From assembly GCA_021108035.1 (NCBI GenBank), contig JAIORQ010000097.1, forward strand, positions 7,692 through 71,691: DNA of 64,000 bases, read 5' to 3'. The notes under the pieces were generated by a model. The model worked only from the letters and a program-made list of their open reading frames with translations. It did not search any database and was not told the origin of the DNA. The position numbers and the translations under genes are program-made. This DNA comes from Bacteroidales bacterium (GTDB lineage: Bacteria; Bacteroidota; Bacteroidia; Bacteroidales; JAADGE01). Within the stretch, counting starts at the first letter, position 1, and each line of letters begins with the position of its first letter. Shown here one piece after another: positions 27,377 through 35,891 of this stretch.

Positions 27377-28386
27377 GTCGTTTTGTTAATTTTCTTCTGC
27401 AATTCAGTTAAATTTTTTATTAAATTATCAAAAGACAGGGTTTTACCGTAAATCATGTTTTCTTGCATTTCTTTATAATCATCTTCCCAAAGATGTAATA
27501 CATTATCGGGAGGTATAAATTTTATATTATCCGGTTTTTGCTTTGTGTAATCAACACCCGAAACACGAGCAAATTTACTGCGATGTGCTACGATGGTATT
27601 ATACAAAACAGAATTATTTAATGCCGTTTCTGCAAAGTTTGTATGCATTAATTTTTCAATATCGTACAAATGACGGCTTAAACGTTCTACACGCATTTTT
27701 TCTTTCGGTCGTTGAAATTCTTCGTGTAAAAGGAATATTTTTTCTAAAAAAGTGCGTTCGGGATTTACGGTCGGTACAGTAATCGGTTTATCGGCAAACT
27801 TTCGGTCGGCAAAATATTCTGCCGTAAAAGTTTTAAATGTTTTTGCAGTATATGGTTCTTTCAAAGAACGGCTTCCTACTTCTAATAACACACCGGGTTT
27901 TAAATATGTTTCCGTTTCTGTTAATTTAGGATAATAAATTTCTATTATTACAGGGTCTTGGTCATGGTTTTTTACTTTTCGGTATTTAATATTAACATCT
28001 GAAAAACCGGCATCCGAAAATTTGTTTTTAAGTTCTTCAATAAATGTTGTTGTCATATATTCAAAAGATGTTCTTCTTAATCTCCGAATGTCTCCTTTGC
28101 TTAATTCACCTTTAAAACCGAGATATTCTCTGTTTAGAGCTAAATCAATATCTTCCGAAAAGCGTTCTATTAAATTCCATGCTTTGCTTAAAGATGTTCC
28201 GCCTTTAAAAACTAATTCGGAAGCACATTTCATTGAAAAGACAATTGCCAAAGTATTTACTACCCACCAATCTTTTTCAACAGCTGTAACAGGCAAGCCC
28301 ACTTTTTTGCCTGTTTCAACATAGATGTTACGTTTTGTATCATCAGGCAATTGTAACCACTCTTTTAAATGTTCCGGTTTATTCAT
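27367..28386 (-). CDS. abiEii: AbiEii/AbiGii-family nucleotidyltransferase toxin (type IV TA)
   Basis: FKGGTSLSKAWNLIERFSEDIDL motif. 339 aa. Overlaps abiEi by 8 nt and hsdS by 10 nt. Confidence 0.85.
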   Translation of the reverse strand: MNKPEHLKEWLQLPDDTKRNIYVETGKKVGLPVTAVEKDWWVVNTLAIVFSMKCASELVFKGGTSLSKAWNLIERFSEDIDLALNREYLGFKGELSKGDIRRLRRTSFEYMTTTFIEELKNKFSDAGFSDVNIKYRKVKNHDQDPVIIEIYYPKLTETETYLKPGVLLEVGSRSLKEPYTAKTFKTFTAEYFADRKFADKPITVPTVNPERTFLEKIFLLHEEFQRPKEKMRVERLSRHLYDIEKLMHTNFAETALNNSVLYNTIVAHRSKFARVSGVDYTKQKPDNIKFIPPDNVLHLWEDDYKEMQENMIYGKTLSFDNLIKNLTELQKKINKTTWK

Positions 28387-28984
28387 TTGATTTATCTGTA
28401 TTAAGCAGTTTCCTTATCCAATGCGGAGCTATATTCAAATCATGTTGTAAATGATACGGTTTTTCATTTTTCAGCAAGCCTCTTATCTTTTTCAATTCTT
28501 CGTCTGTAACATTATTTTTACCTATATTACGTAAAGCCTGAACTGCCAATTTGCTGATATTACCGATGTATGCAAGATTTTTTGCACTTGCTTTTTTAAA
28601 GGTTATGATTTGATTGTCTATTTTTATTTTACGTGCAGAAGCATCTGTATAATACACAATATTCATAGGCACTTGCGTTGTAAGTCCCAATTTATACATT
28701 GCATAACTTCCGGTAGGAATAATACGAGCTTTGTCTCTTTTTGCAATCGCAAGAGCAATCTCATCAATACCGGGCAATACAATTCCGATATATTTATCTA
28801 TTTTCGGTCTTGCATACATCCCTCTTGCTACTCTGTATATCTCTTTCGATTTAACCAGTCGTTCCAATGCCTTACTAACGGCTTTTGTATCACCTGTTGA
28901 TGCAAAACTGTCTGTAAAAAACAGCGTGCCCCTCTTGGCTTTTTTAATTTTATTAAACACCTTTATTTCAACACTATCACTCAT
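28379..28984 (-). CDS. abiEi: AbiEi-family antitoxin/transcriptional regulator
   Basis: MSDSVEIKVF...RGTLFFTDSF...AVSKALERLVKSKEIYRVARGMYARPK is typical of the AbiEi/DUF6088 N-terminal wHTH. The start was chosen at the internal Met; the ORF track extends to 29017. Confidence 0.75.
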   Translation of the reverse strand: MSDSVEIKVFNKIKKAKRGTLFFTDSFASTGDTKAVSKALERLVKSKEIYRVARGMYARPKIDKYIGIVLPGIDEIALAIAKRDKARIIPTGSYAMYKLGLTTQVPMNIVYYTDASARKIKIDNQIITFKKASAKNLAYIGNISKLAVQALRNIGKNNVTDEELKKIRGLLKNEKPYHLQHDLNIAPHWIRKLLNTDKSNE

Positions 28985-29038
28985 ATAAATACTATATATT
29001 TGTCGCAAATATAGCAAATATATGCGACATAATTTATT

Positions 29039-31480
29039 TTATAAGCCCATTTTCTTTAAATGCTTTTTAACTGTAAGTTCCAATTCCGATACTTCTTTTT
29101 CTATTTCATGCAAGGGTGTATCATATCGTTCCGAAAGTTCTTTTATTCTGTTTGTTAATCTTTGGCTTATATGCTCTATTTCATTTTTAATACTTGCTTC
29201 TGTGCTTTTCATCCATTTATCATCAAGTACCAATGTTTTTACTTCTGCTTCGGATAATTCAGAATATTTTTCATAAAGTTTATCATCCAAATCTTTTTCT
29301 GCATCTTTAATTTTCTTGTTATAATCTGCAAGTTGTTTTGTTAAATCAAGATATTGTTGCAATATCTCTTTTTCATCGGGTTTATTATCTCCGTATGTTA
29401 CTTCCGGTTCCGCAGCTATTGCCAAATTATCATTCTCAACTTTTACAATTTTTAAACGTTTTGTTACTTCATTTTTATTAATCTTTTCTAATTCTACGAA
29501 ACATCCTTCTTCTCCGCTGTGTTCTTCTTCGACTTCGACAAGCTCAGTCGCCACTTGTTCTTTTTCCGTTTCTAAATCAGCAACAGCCTTTTTTTTATCA
29601 GCAAAATATTTATTTATAACTAAATATTTAGGAACAAGGTCGCAAGTCCAACCTTTATCAATTTGCTTTTTGGCTTTATTTTCAGCAATTATGCGATAAG
29701 TTTCAGCTTTCCAACCGTCATACGAAATCAAATAACAATCGTCTTGCATGCTTTCATTCCAATAATTCATTAAATGTTGAAACATATCATATTTATCAAC
29801 TAATGCCATATCGGAATGCTTTTTCAGAATATTTTCTGAAAGTGTTTGAATTAATTCTTTCGGTTTGTTTCCTTTATCAATAATTTTCAAATATTCTGTA
29901 CTTTCATTTTTCCATTTCTTAAAAATTGTGTCATAATCTTTAATGAATGCCTTAAATTCAGGATGCTCAAAAATGACATCTTTTATCATATCCGTTTTGA
30001 CTTTCAATTCAGAATATTTGCTTTTTTTATCGGTTTTAAATAAAGCACTTTTCAAACTCGGAAATTGTTTCCAAAATTTACTTAAAGCATCAATATCTGC
30101 ATTTGGGATACCACCGTTTAAATGAGCATGTATATCCTGTATGTCTTCCGTTTCTTGGCTGTCGATATATCTCGGAATATTTAAGTTGTATTCGTTTTTC
30201 TCAATTTCATTAACTGATACAATTTTGCTGTATCCGGGAATTTCAATTTCATTGTTAAACACATCCGTAATTTTGCGAATATCCTGTTCTCGCAATCGGT
30301 TTTTGTTTCCGTCTTTGGTAAAACTTTTACCGGCATCAATCATAAAAATTCCTTTACGATTGTGAGCGTTTTCTTTATCTAAAACAATTATTGCAGCAGG
30401 AATACCTGTTCCGTAAAACAAATTAGCCGGCAAACCAATAATTCCTTTAATAAAACCTTTAAGTATAAGGTTTTCTCGAATATCAGCCTCTGCATTTCCT
30501 CTGAATAAAACACCGTGAGGTAAAATAACGGTTCCTTTTCCCTTTCGTTTTAATGAACGTACCATGTGGAGCAAATACGCATAATCACCGTTCTTTGAAG
30601 GCGGTATTCCGTAACCCTCAAAACGATTATATGATTTGTCATCGGGCAATTTAAGACCGTTACTCCAACTTTTATCACTGAAAGGCGGATTTGCAACTAT
30701 AAAATCAAAGGTTTTCAAACTTCCTTTTTCCTCAAAAAGCGGTTTTGCAAGTGTATTCCCTTGTTTTATCACGGCAGTCGGATTATTATGCAATATCATA
30801 TTCATACGAGCCAAACCGGCAGTTGTTGCATCTTTCTCTTGTCCGTATAAAGCAACTTTTCCTGTGGCTTCATCACCTACACGTAAAAGCAAAGAGCCCG
30901 AACCGCAAGTAGGGTCATATACAGTAATATTGGTTTCTTCTTTAACTTTATGAATACCGATAATCTTTGCCATTGTTCTGCTTACTTCCGCAGGCGTATA
31001 AAATTGCCCTTTACTTTTACCGCTTTCGGTTGCAAAATGTCGCATCAAATACTCATAAGCATCTCCGAGTATATCATCTCCTTCCGCTTTATTCTTGCTG
31101 AAATCTAATTCAGGTCTCTCAAATATGGCAATAAGATTTGTTAATCTGTCCACCATTTCTTTACCGTCACCTAACTTTGTAGGGTCATTAAAGTTAGGCA
31201 TATCGGACAGCTTATTTACTTCCGCTGTCGGTGCAATTATTTTCTTATTGATTTGGTCGCCTATATCAGTTTTTCCTTTTAGTGCAACCATATCCTTAAA
31301 ACTTGCACCTTCCGGAATTATGATAGGAGCAAATTCTTGTCCTTCCCATTTATCACTGATGTATTTTAAGAACAGCATTACCAATACATAATCTTTGTAT
31401 TGGCCGGCATCCATTCCGCCTCTTAATTCATCGCAACTTGCCCACAAACTGCTGTATAATTCTGATTTTTTTATTGCCAC
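29039..31480 (-). CDS. hsdM: Type I R-M DNA methyltransferase subunit M with long C-terminal coiled-coil extension
   Basis: GTG start. HsdM_N-like N-terminus (SELYSSLWASCDELRGGMD). Motif I DPTCGSGSLL and motif IV NPPF (IVANPPFSDKSW). About 290 additional C-terminal residues are rich in heptad-like K/E sequence. Confidence 0.9.
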   Translation of the reverse strand: MAIKKSELYSSLWASCDELRGGMDAGQYKDYVLVMLFLKYISDKWEGQEFAPIIIPEGASFKDMVALKGKTDIGDQINKKIIAPTAEVNKLSDMPNFNDPTKLGDGKEMVDRLTNLIAIFERPELDFSKNKAEGDDILGDAYEYLMRHFATESGKSKGQFYTPAEVSRTMAKIIGIHKVKEETNITVYDPTCGSGSLLLRVGDEATGKVALYGQEKDATTAGLARMNMILHNNPTAVIKQGNTLAKPLFEEKGSLKTFDFIVANPPFSDKSWSNGLKLPDDKSYNRFEGYGIPPSKNGDYAYLLHMVRSLKRKGKGTVILPHGVLFRGNAEADIRENLILKGFIKGIIGLPANLFYGTGIPAAIIVLDKENAHNRKGIFMIDAGKSFTKDGNKNRLREQDIRKITDVFNNEIEIPGYSKIVSVNEIEKNEYNLNIPRYIDSQETEDIQDIHAHLNGGIPNADIDALSKFWKQFPSLKSALFKTDKKSKYSELKVKTDMIKDVIFEHPEFKAFIKDYDTIFKKWKNESTEYLKIIDKGNKPKELIQTLSENILKKHSDMALVDKYDMFQHLMNYWNESMQDDCYLISYDGWKAETYRIIAENKAKKQIDKGWTCDLVPKYLVINKYFADKKKAVADLETEKEQVATELVEVEEEHSGEEGCFVELEKINKNEVTKRLKIVKVENDNLAIAAEPEVTYGDNKPDEKEILQQYLDLTKQLADYNKKIKDAEKDLDDKLYEKYSELSEAEVKTLVLDDKWMKSTEASIKNEIEHISQRLTNRIKELSERYDTPLHEIEKEVSELELTVKKHLKKMGL

Positions 31481-31806
31481 TGTTTACTTTTTATTTTAAG
31501 ACTTCTAATTTAATAATTATAAATTTAATGAATAAAAAAAGCGTAAAAAAAATTACTTACTCTTGGGTGAATGACGCTACCATACGATGTTTTCGTTTGC
31601 TGCAAATCCAAAATGTGCAAATTCTAATACAAAATATCATAAAAGCATTTTTTTTAAAATATGGAAAACAAAAGTAATACTGCCTTTCAAACAAAACTTG
31701 CAGTAAATAAAGATATTTTTTATAAATTTGTTAGATTCTAATATTAATTTTGATCCTAATGAAAAAACAAATATGACGGTTATAACATAAAAGTTTATTG
31801 GAATAA

Positions 31807-31920
31807 AATCAAGATATATCAATGTCGGAACTTAAAGAACTTCTTGAAAATACTATCGAAGACCGGAAAGGAAACGAACCTCAAATTGATGATAATGTTG
31901 TAATCGGTATAAAATTGTAG
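31807..31920 (+). pseudogene. Remnant of the 3' end of a SpoIIE/PP2C phosphatase paralog
   Basis: The translation ...MSELKELLENTIEDRKGNEPQIDDNVVIGIKL* aligns with the C-terminus of the intact gene at 6008-7567 (KQILENTFNEWKGDYEQADDVLVAGIKI; I count 14 of 28 identical). Weaker frame-shifted similarity (LLDSNINFDPNEKTNM vs LFSDGFYDQFGGESGRKFM) may extend the remnant back to about 31727. Confidence 0.6.
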
Positions 31921-32197
31921 AATAATAATACACTATTTGATTCTACCGTTATTTTATAGAAATTTCTTATTCTAAATATAATTATCTATCTGATTTTAAT
32001 GATAAAATGCGATAATGATAAAATGCTTAAATAAAAAAAACAGACAGCAAAACTAATTATAATTAGTATGTGATTTTATGACTTTTTATTACAGCATTTT
32101 CGCATTTAAGCATTAAATCATTAACTTTGGTGTGTTGAACTAAATAAAAATTACCTTTCCGGGTAAAATAACAGTATAACCAAAAAATTAATAAAAC

Positions 32198-32647
32198 ATG
32201 GAACTTTTTGAACAAATTAATGCTGATATTAAAACAGCAATGAAAGCAAAAGAAGCTGACAAACTCGGTGCTTTGAGAGCAATTAAAGCTCAATTATTAT
32301 TGATTAAGACATCCGGCGGCGGTAAAGAAGAAATACCTGAAGAAGAAAGCATAAAAATGTTGCAAAGAATGATAAAACAAAGAAAAGACTCTGCCGAAAT
32401 ATATAAATCTCAAAACAGAGATGATCTTTTTGAAAAAGAAATGAAAGAAGTTTCTTTTATTATGCCGTACCTGCCCAAGCAAATGAATGAAAACGAATTA
32501 ACAGAAGTTATTAAAGATATTATTAAAAAAGTCGGTGCCGAATCTATGAAAGATATGGGCAAAGTAATGGGTTTAGCATCAAAAGAACTCGCAGGTAAAA
32601 CCGAAGGCAGATTAATTGCCGATAAAGTAAAAGAATTGTTGAAATAA
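32198..32647 (+). CDS. GatB/YqeY domain-containing protein
   Basis: MELFEQINADIKTAMKAKEADKLGALRAIKAQLLL... is typical of the YqeY family. 149 aa. Confidence 0.85.
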   Translation: MELFEQINADIKTAMKAKEADKLGALRAIKAQLLLIKTSGGGKEEIPEEESIKMLQRMIKQRKDSAEIYKSQNRDDLFEKEMKEVSFIMPYLPKQMNENELTEVIKDIIKKVGAESMKDMGKVMGLASKELAGKTEGRLIADKVKELLK

Positions 32648-32649
32648 AA

Positions 32650-33546
32650 TTATGATTTCAGACGATCTGTGTTTTTATATCTTGCATTTTCTGATTTGTA
32701 AAACTTATATAAAAGATAATAAATTACAAATTCATTTTGTCTTGGTTTTACAATAAATATTCTGTTAAGCATCATATGGGATTGGCTTATTATAAATTTA
32801 TTAATAGGAACATCCTGTTTATTTTTTGCATTTAATTCTAATATTGAACTAATAATATCTTTAGTGTTTTCACTTTTTAACAATATTAGATTATAAAGTG
32901 AATTCAAATATTTAAGACCTTTCTTTTTGTCAGATAACAGTGAATTTAGAATTGGCCTCAAACTTCTAAACTTCATGTCTAACTGTTTTTTAAATTGTTT
33001 GTTCATAGAAAATTCATAGTCGAAATTTTTTACCAATTCTTCAAACATCAGAGATTTACTGTTTGAAGAAAGGCCAAAATCGCTGAAAAAATTATCTACA
33101 GCCATTATTGCAAACCTCCATCTTAATTCTTCACTGTCTTTTCCTCTTATTAGATTTGCCGTTTCAGAAACCATAATACTGTCATAATAAAAAAGAGTTT
33201 CCGCTTCTTCAATCGTAATTTTGCCGTATCTTTCAATCTCACGCTTATATGTGTCAATTTGAACCGAGAAAATAATTAAATCCTCAAAATATTCACTCAA
33301 ATATTCTTTCATTAATTTTATTACTTCATAAAATAATTCATTATTTATTTGAAATCTTATTCTTAAATGAAACTGAGGATCATGATATCTGATAAAAAAC
33401 CATTTATTAATAATCCCTTTAGCTGTAAGCTCTTTGGTCATCGGCAGGATTATTTTTATTAATATTTCTTCAGCAATTTTCTTACCGGTGTATATTTTAT
33501 AAAATAACCATTCCTCTCCAATCAAAAAGTTTCTTTTGAGCGTCAT
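32650..33546 (-). CDS. Split LanB, elimination-domain protein (SpaB_C / thiopeptide-type bacteriocin biosynthesis domain)
   Basis: 298 aa. WFFIRYHDPQFHLRIRF matches the hallmark FF-x-RY-x-D...HLRLR motif of LanB C-terminal/TIGR03891 proteins. Begins 6 nt downstream of the glutamylation-domain gene. Confidence 0.8.
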   Translation of the reverse strand: MTLKRNFLIGEEWLFYKIYTGKKIAEEILIKIILPMTKELTAKGIINKWFFIRYHDPQFHLRIRFQINNELFYEVIKLMKEYLSEYFEDLIIFSVQIDTYKREIERYGKITIEEAETLFYYDSIMVSETANLIRGKDSEELRWRFAIMAVDNFFSDFGLSSNSKSLMFEELVKNFDYEFSMNKQFKKQLDMKFRSLRPILNSLLSDKKKGLKYLNSLYNLILLKSENTKDIISSILELNAKNKQDVPINKFIISQSHMMLNRIFIVKPRQNEFVIYYLLYKFYKSENARYKNTDRLKS

Positions 33547-33552
33547 ATCTTT

Positions 33553-35760
33553 CTAACTTTTATTCTTTTTAAAAGCAAAAATGAATTCATTAGCAAAATA
33601 ATCGTCATTTTCCTTAATAAATGCATTCTTCTTATTAAATAACACTTCTGATAAAAAAAAGATTTGTTTTTTCTTAGCAATTGAAAGAAAGGTTTTAATA
33701 CTTGTTATGTTTTCCAAGTTAAGCGTCAACTCATTTTCTCCTTCCTCAAAATTTACCCAAACCGGAATATTTTTTCGATACCTCCATTTTTTTACTTCAG
33801 CAGATAATTTGTTATCATTATCAATTTTGAATATATATTCAATTTCATCTTTAGAAATCCTCCATTTTGCAGGTGAAAATATTATATTCTTATATTTTAC
33901 TCTCGGAAAAAATTTAAAAGCAGTTTCTATTCCTCCCCAATTAAATTTTATACCTCTTTGTAACTCTTGAAATTGTAAATCACAAAGAAATTGATAAACC
34001 GGCAATTTACTGTTTACATAATTATGTGCGTTACTTAATCGCGGTAAAATTTCTTTATTAAGATTTTTTGATTTTAATATTAAACGATTCTCTTTCACTG
34101 ATATCATTAAATCTTTCGGATAAATTATGTGGTTCCCGGTTACAGAAGGTTTTGCAAGATAGGGGATTTCATAATTTCTTAAAACAGGCCTTAATAAAAC
34201 ATTCCCGATACTGATTTTTGGATTATGCACAATTTCAGCTGTAATTTTATTACGATTTGATTTTTCCTCACTATTTAATATTTCATTTATAAAATCAGAT
34301 ATATCTTCGTTTATATAGCCAAATCTTGAAAACAAATTAGTTGCACTTATTCCGCCTGCCTTCTGTAATAATATTTCAATATTATCATTTGCTTTATAAA
34401 TTTGAACTTTAACAGATAATGTTTCCGGAAAATCATCCCATACAGGTTCATCAGTATTATTAATAATTTCTTCATGAGTCAGAACAATTTCATACTCATT
34501 ATTCTTAACGGCATCAATGTACTTTGCTAATAAAAACTGACTAATACCGGTAATTGATATGTTTGATTTCCTTTTTTCTTTCGGGAAATCAATATTATCT
34601 GTTAAAGGAGATGATATCCCGATATTTTCTTTGTCACTTTTATATCCTATGCCAATTTCTTTATCTAATGCAAACAATAACGGAATTTCAGATTCCCCGT
34701 ATCTTTCGTAAAATTCGTTTCTGAACTTAATTAAATTTATCTCATTGCTTCTTTGTGATAATCTGTTTAAAACATTAATACCTTGCATAATACTGCCGGT
34801 AATATTTTTATTTACTGTAAGATTCTCAGCAGGTTTATATAAATCAACATGAAAAATTCCGGTATCATCATAATCAATATTCAAACTCCTTATTTGATTT
34901 TTTAATTTTTCATATTCAGAAATATCAATTGGAACCGGTTTTGAATTAATACTCTTAACAGAATCTGAAATCTCTGTTATTTCTTTTAAAACCGGATTTT
35001 CAATTTTATATTTACTTAATATTTTAATAATTTGAGTTAAATAATCTTCTCCTGTTGCGACCGGTTCCAGTTCAGAAATTAGAATGTCATTTTCAATTAG
35101 TTCATTAATAAACACTTCAGCTTCATAGGCAGTAATTTCATTATCAACAAGTTCTTCTGTTAAATGTTTTATGTCAATACCATTTTCGGCTGTATCTAAT
35201 ATCCGGTCTAAATAATATGTTTTTTTTACTGCTGCAACATGATGATTAATTTTATCTTTATTTTTTATTTGTTCAATATATCTTATTTTATTACCTGCTT
35301 CGTAAATACTTGAATTAGGGTAAAACTTTATTTTCTTTCTAATATCCTGTAAATTACATAACTGATCAGTTAAAGTTTTAAGGAAATCCATATTTAATCG
35401 CAGATATCTTTTATTCTTCTCTATGAGAGGCAGTTTAATAATATTTTCGTCTGATAATTCACCGATTGAAATTCCTGCAAATAATCCAAAAGGTGTTGAT
35501 CTTGTTGATAAGCGACTAATATATTTTAAAATAGATATCTTTAAGCTTTCTAATTCTTTGCTTTTTGAAAAATCATTCAATTTTTGCAGTTTCGAATATA
35601 AATTATATGAAGCAAAGAACAAAGCCTCTTTAATAACTTGATTATTTATAATCGCCGTAAAGGTTTCATCTGAAATAACTTCCTCTTTAAGTATGTCTTT
35701 CAGATAATTAAAAGGCATTAAGGGAGATCGTAATATGAATTTATTAAAAGCCTGATACAT
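33553..35760 (-). CDS. Split LanB, glutamylation-domain protein (lantibiotic dehydratase N-terminal family)
   Basis: 735 aa. N-terminal FILRSPLMPFNYL and LSTRSTPFGLFAGISIG match conserved Lant_dehydr_N features. Confidence 0.8.
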   Translation of the reverse strand: MYQAFNKFILRSPLMPFNYLKDILKEEVISDETFTAIINNQVIKEALFFASYNLYSKLQKLNDFSKSKELESLKISILKYISRLSTRSTPFGLFAGISIGELSDENIIKLPLIEKNKRYLRLNMDFLKTLTDQLCNLQDIRKKIKFYPNSSIYEAGNKIRYIEQIKNKDKINHHVAAVKKTYYLDRILDTAENGIDIKHLTEELVDNEITAYEAEVFINELIENDILISELEPVATGEDYLTQIIKILSKYKIENPVLKEITEISDSVKSINSKPVPIDISEYEKLKNQIRSLNIDYDDTGIFHVDLYKPAENLTVNKNITGSIMQGINVLNRLSQRSNEINLIKFRNEFYERYGESEIPLLFALDKEIGIGYKSDKENIGISSPLTDNIDFPKEKRKSNISITGISQFLLAKYIDAVKNNEYEIVLTHEEIINNTDEPVWDDFPETLSVKVQIYKANDNIEILLQKAGGISATNLFSRFGYINEDISDFINEILNSEEKSNRNKITAEIVHNPKISIGNVLLRPVLRNYEIPYLAKPSVTGNHIIYPKDLMISVKENRLILKSKNLNKEILPRLSNAHNYVNSKLPVYQFLCDLQFQELQRGIKFNWGGIETAFKFFPRVKYKNIIFSPAKWRISKDEIEYIFKIDNDNKLSAEVKKWRYRKNIPVWVNFEEGENELTLNLENITSIKTFLSIAKKKQIFFLSEVLFNKKNAFIKENDDYFANEFIFAFKKNKS

Positions 35761-35788
35761 AACCTTTAGGAGTTGTAAAATATAAAAA

Positions 35789-35834
35789 ATGCTGTTTAAT
35801 TATAATTTTTATTTAAATCATAACCAAACAGCAT
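35789..35834 (-). terminator. Hairpin plus T-run between the precursor and dehydratase genes (candidate read-through attenuator)
   Basis: On the minus strand, ATGCTGTTT...AAACAGCAT forms a 9-bp stem with a 28-nt AT-rich loop, followed by TTTTTTAT. Confidence 0.4.
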
Positions 35835-35891
35835 AAAAAATATCGACAATAAAAATGTAGATATTGTTAAATACAATCAAAATATATTTTC

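Noticed and set aside
31991-32150. Imperfect inverted and direct repeats upstream of yqeY: TGATTTTAATGATAAAATGCG, a tandem AATGATAAAATGC x2, and the inverse AATGCTTAAATGCGAAAATGC.
   Set aside because: The matches are short and AT-rich with rearranged order. They could be an operator but cannot be distinguished from chance in roughly 30 percent GC DNA without comparative data.
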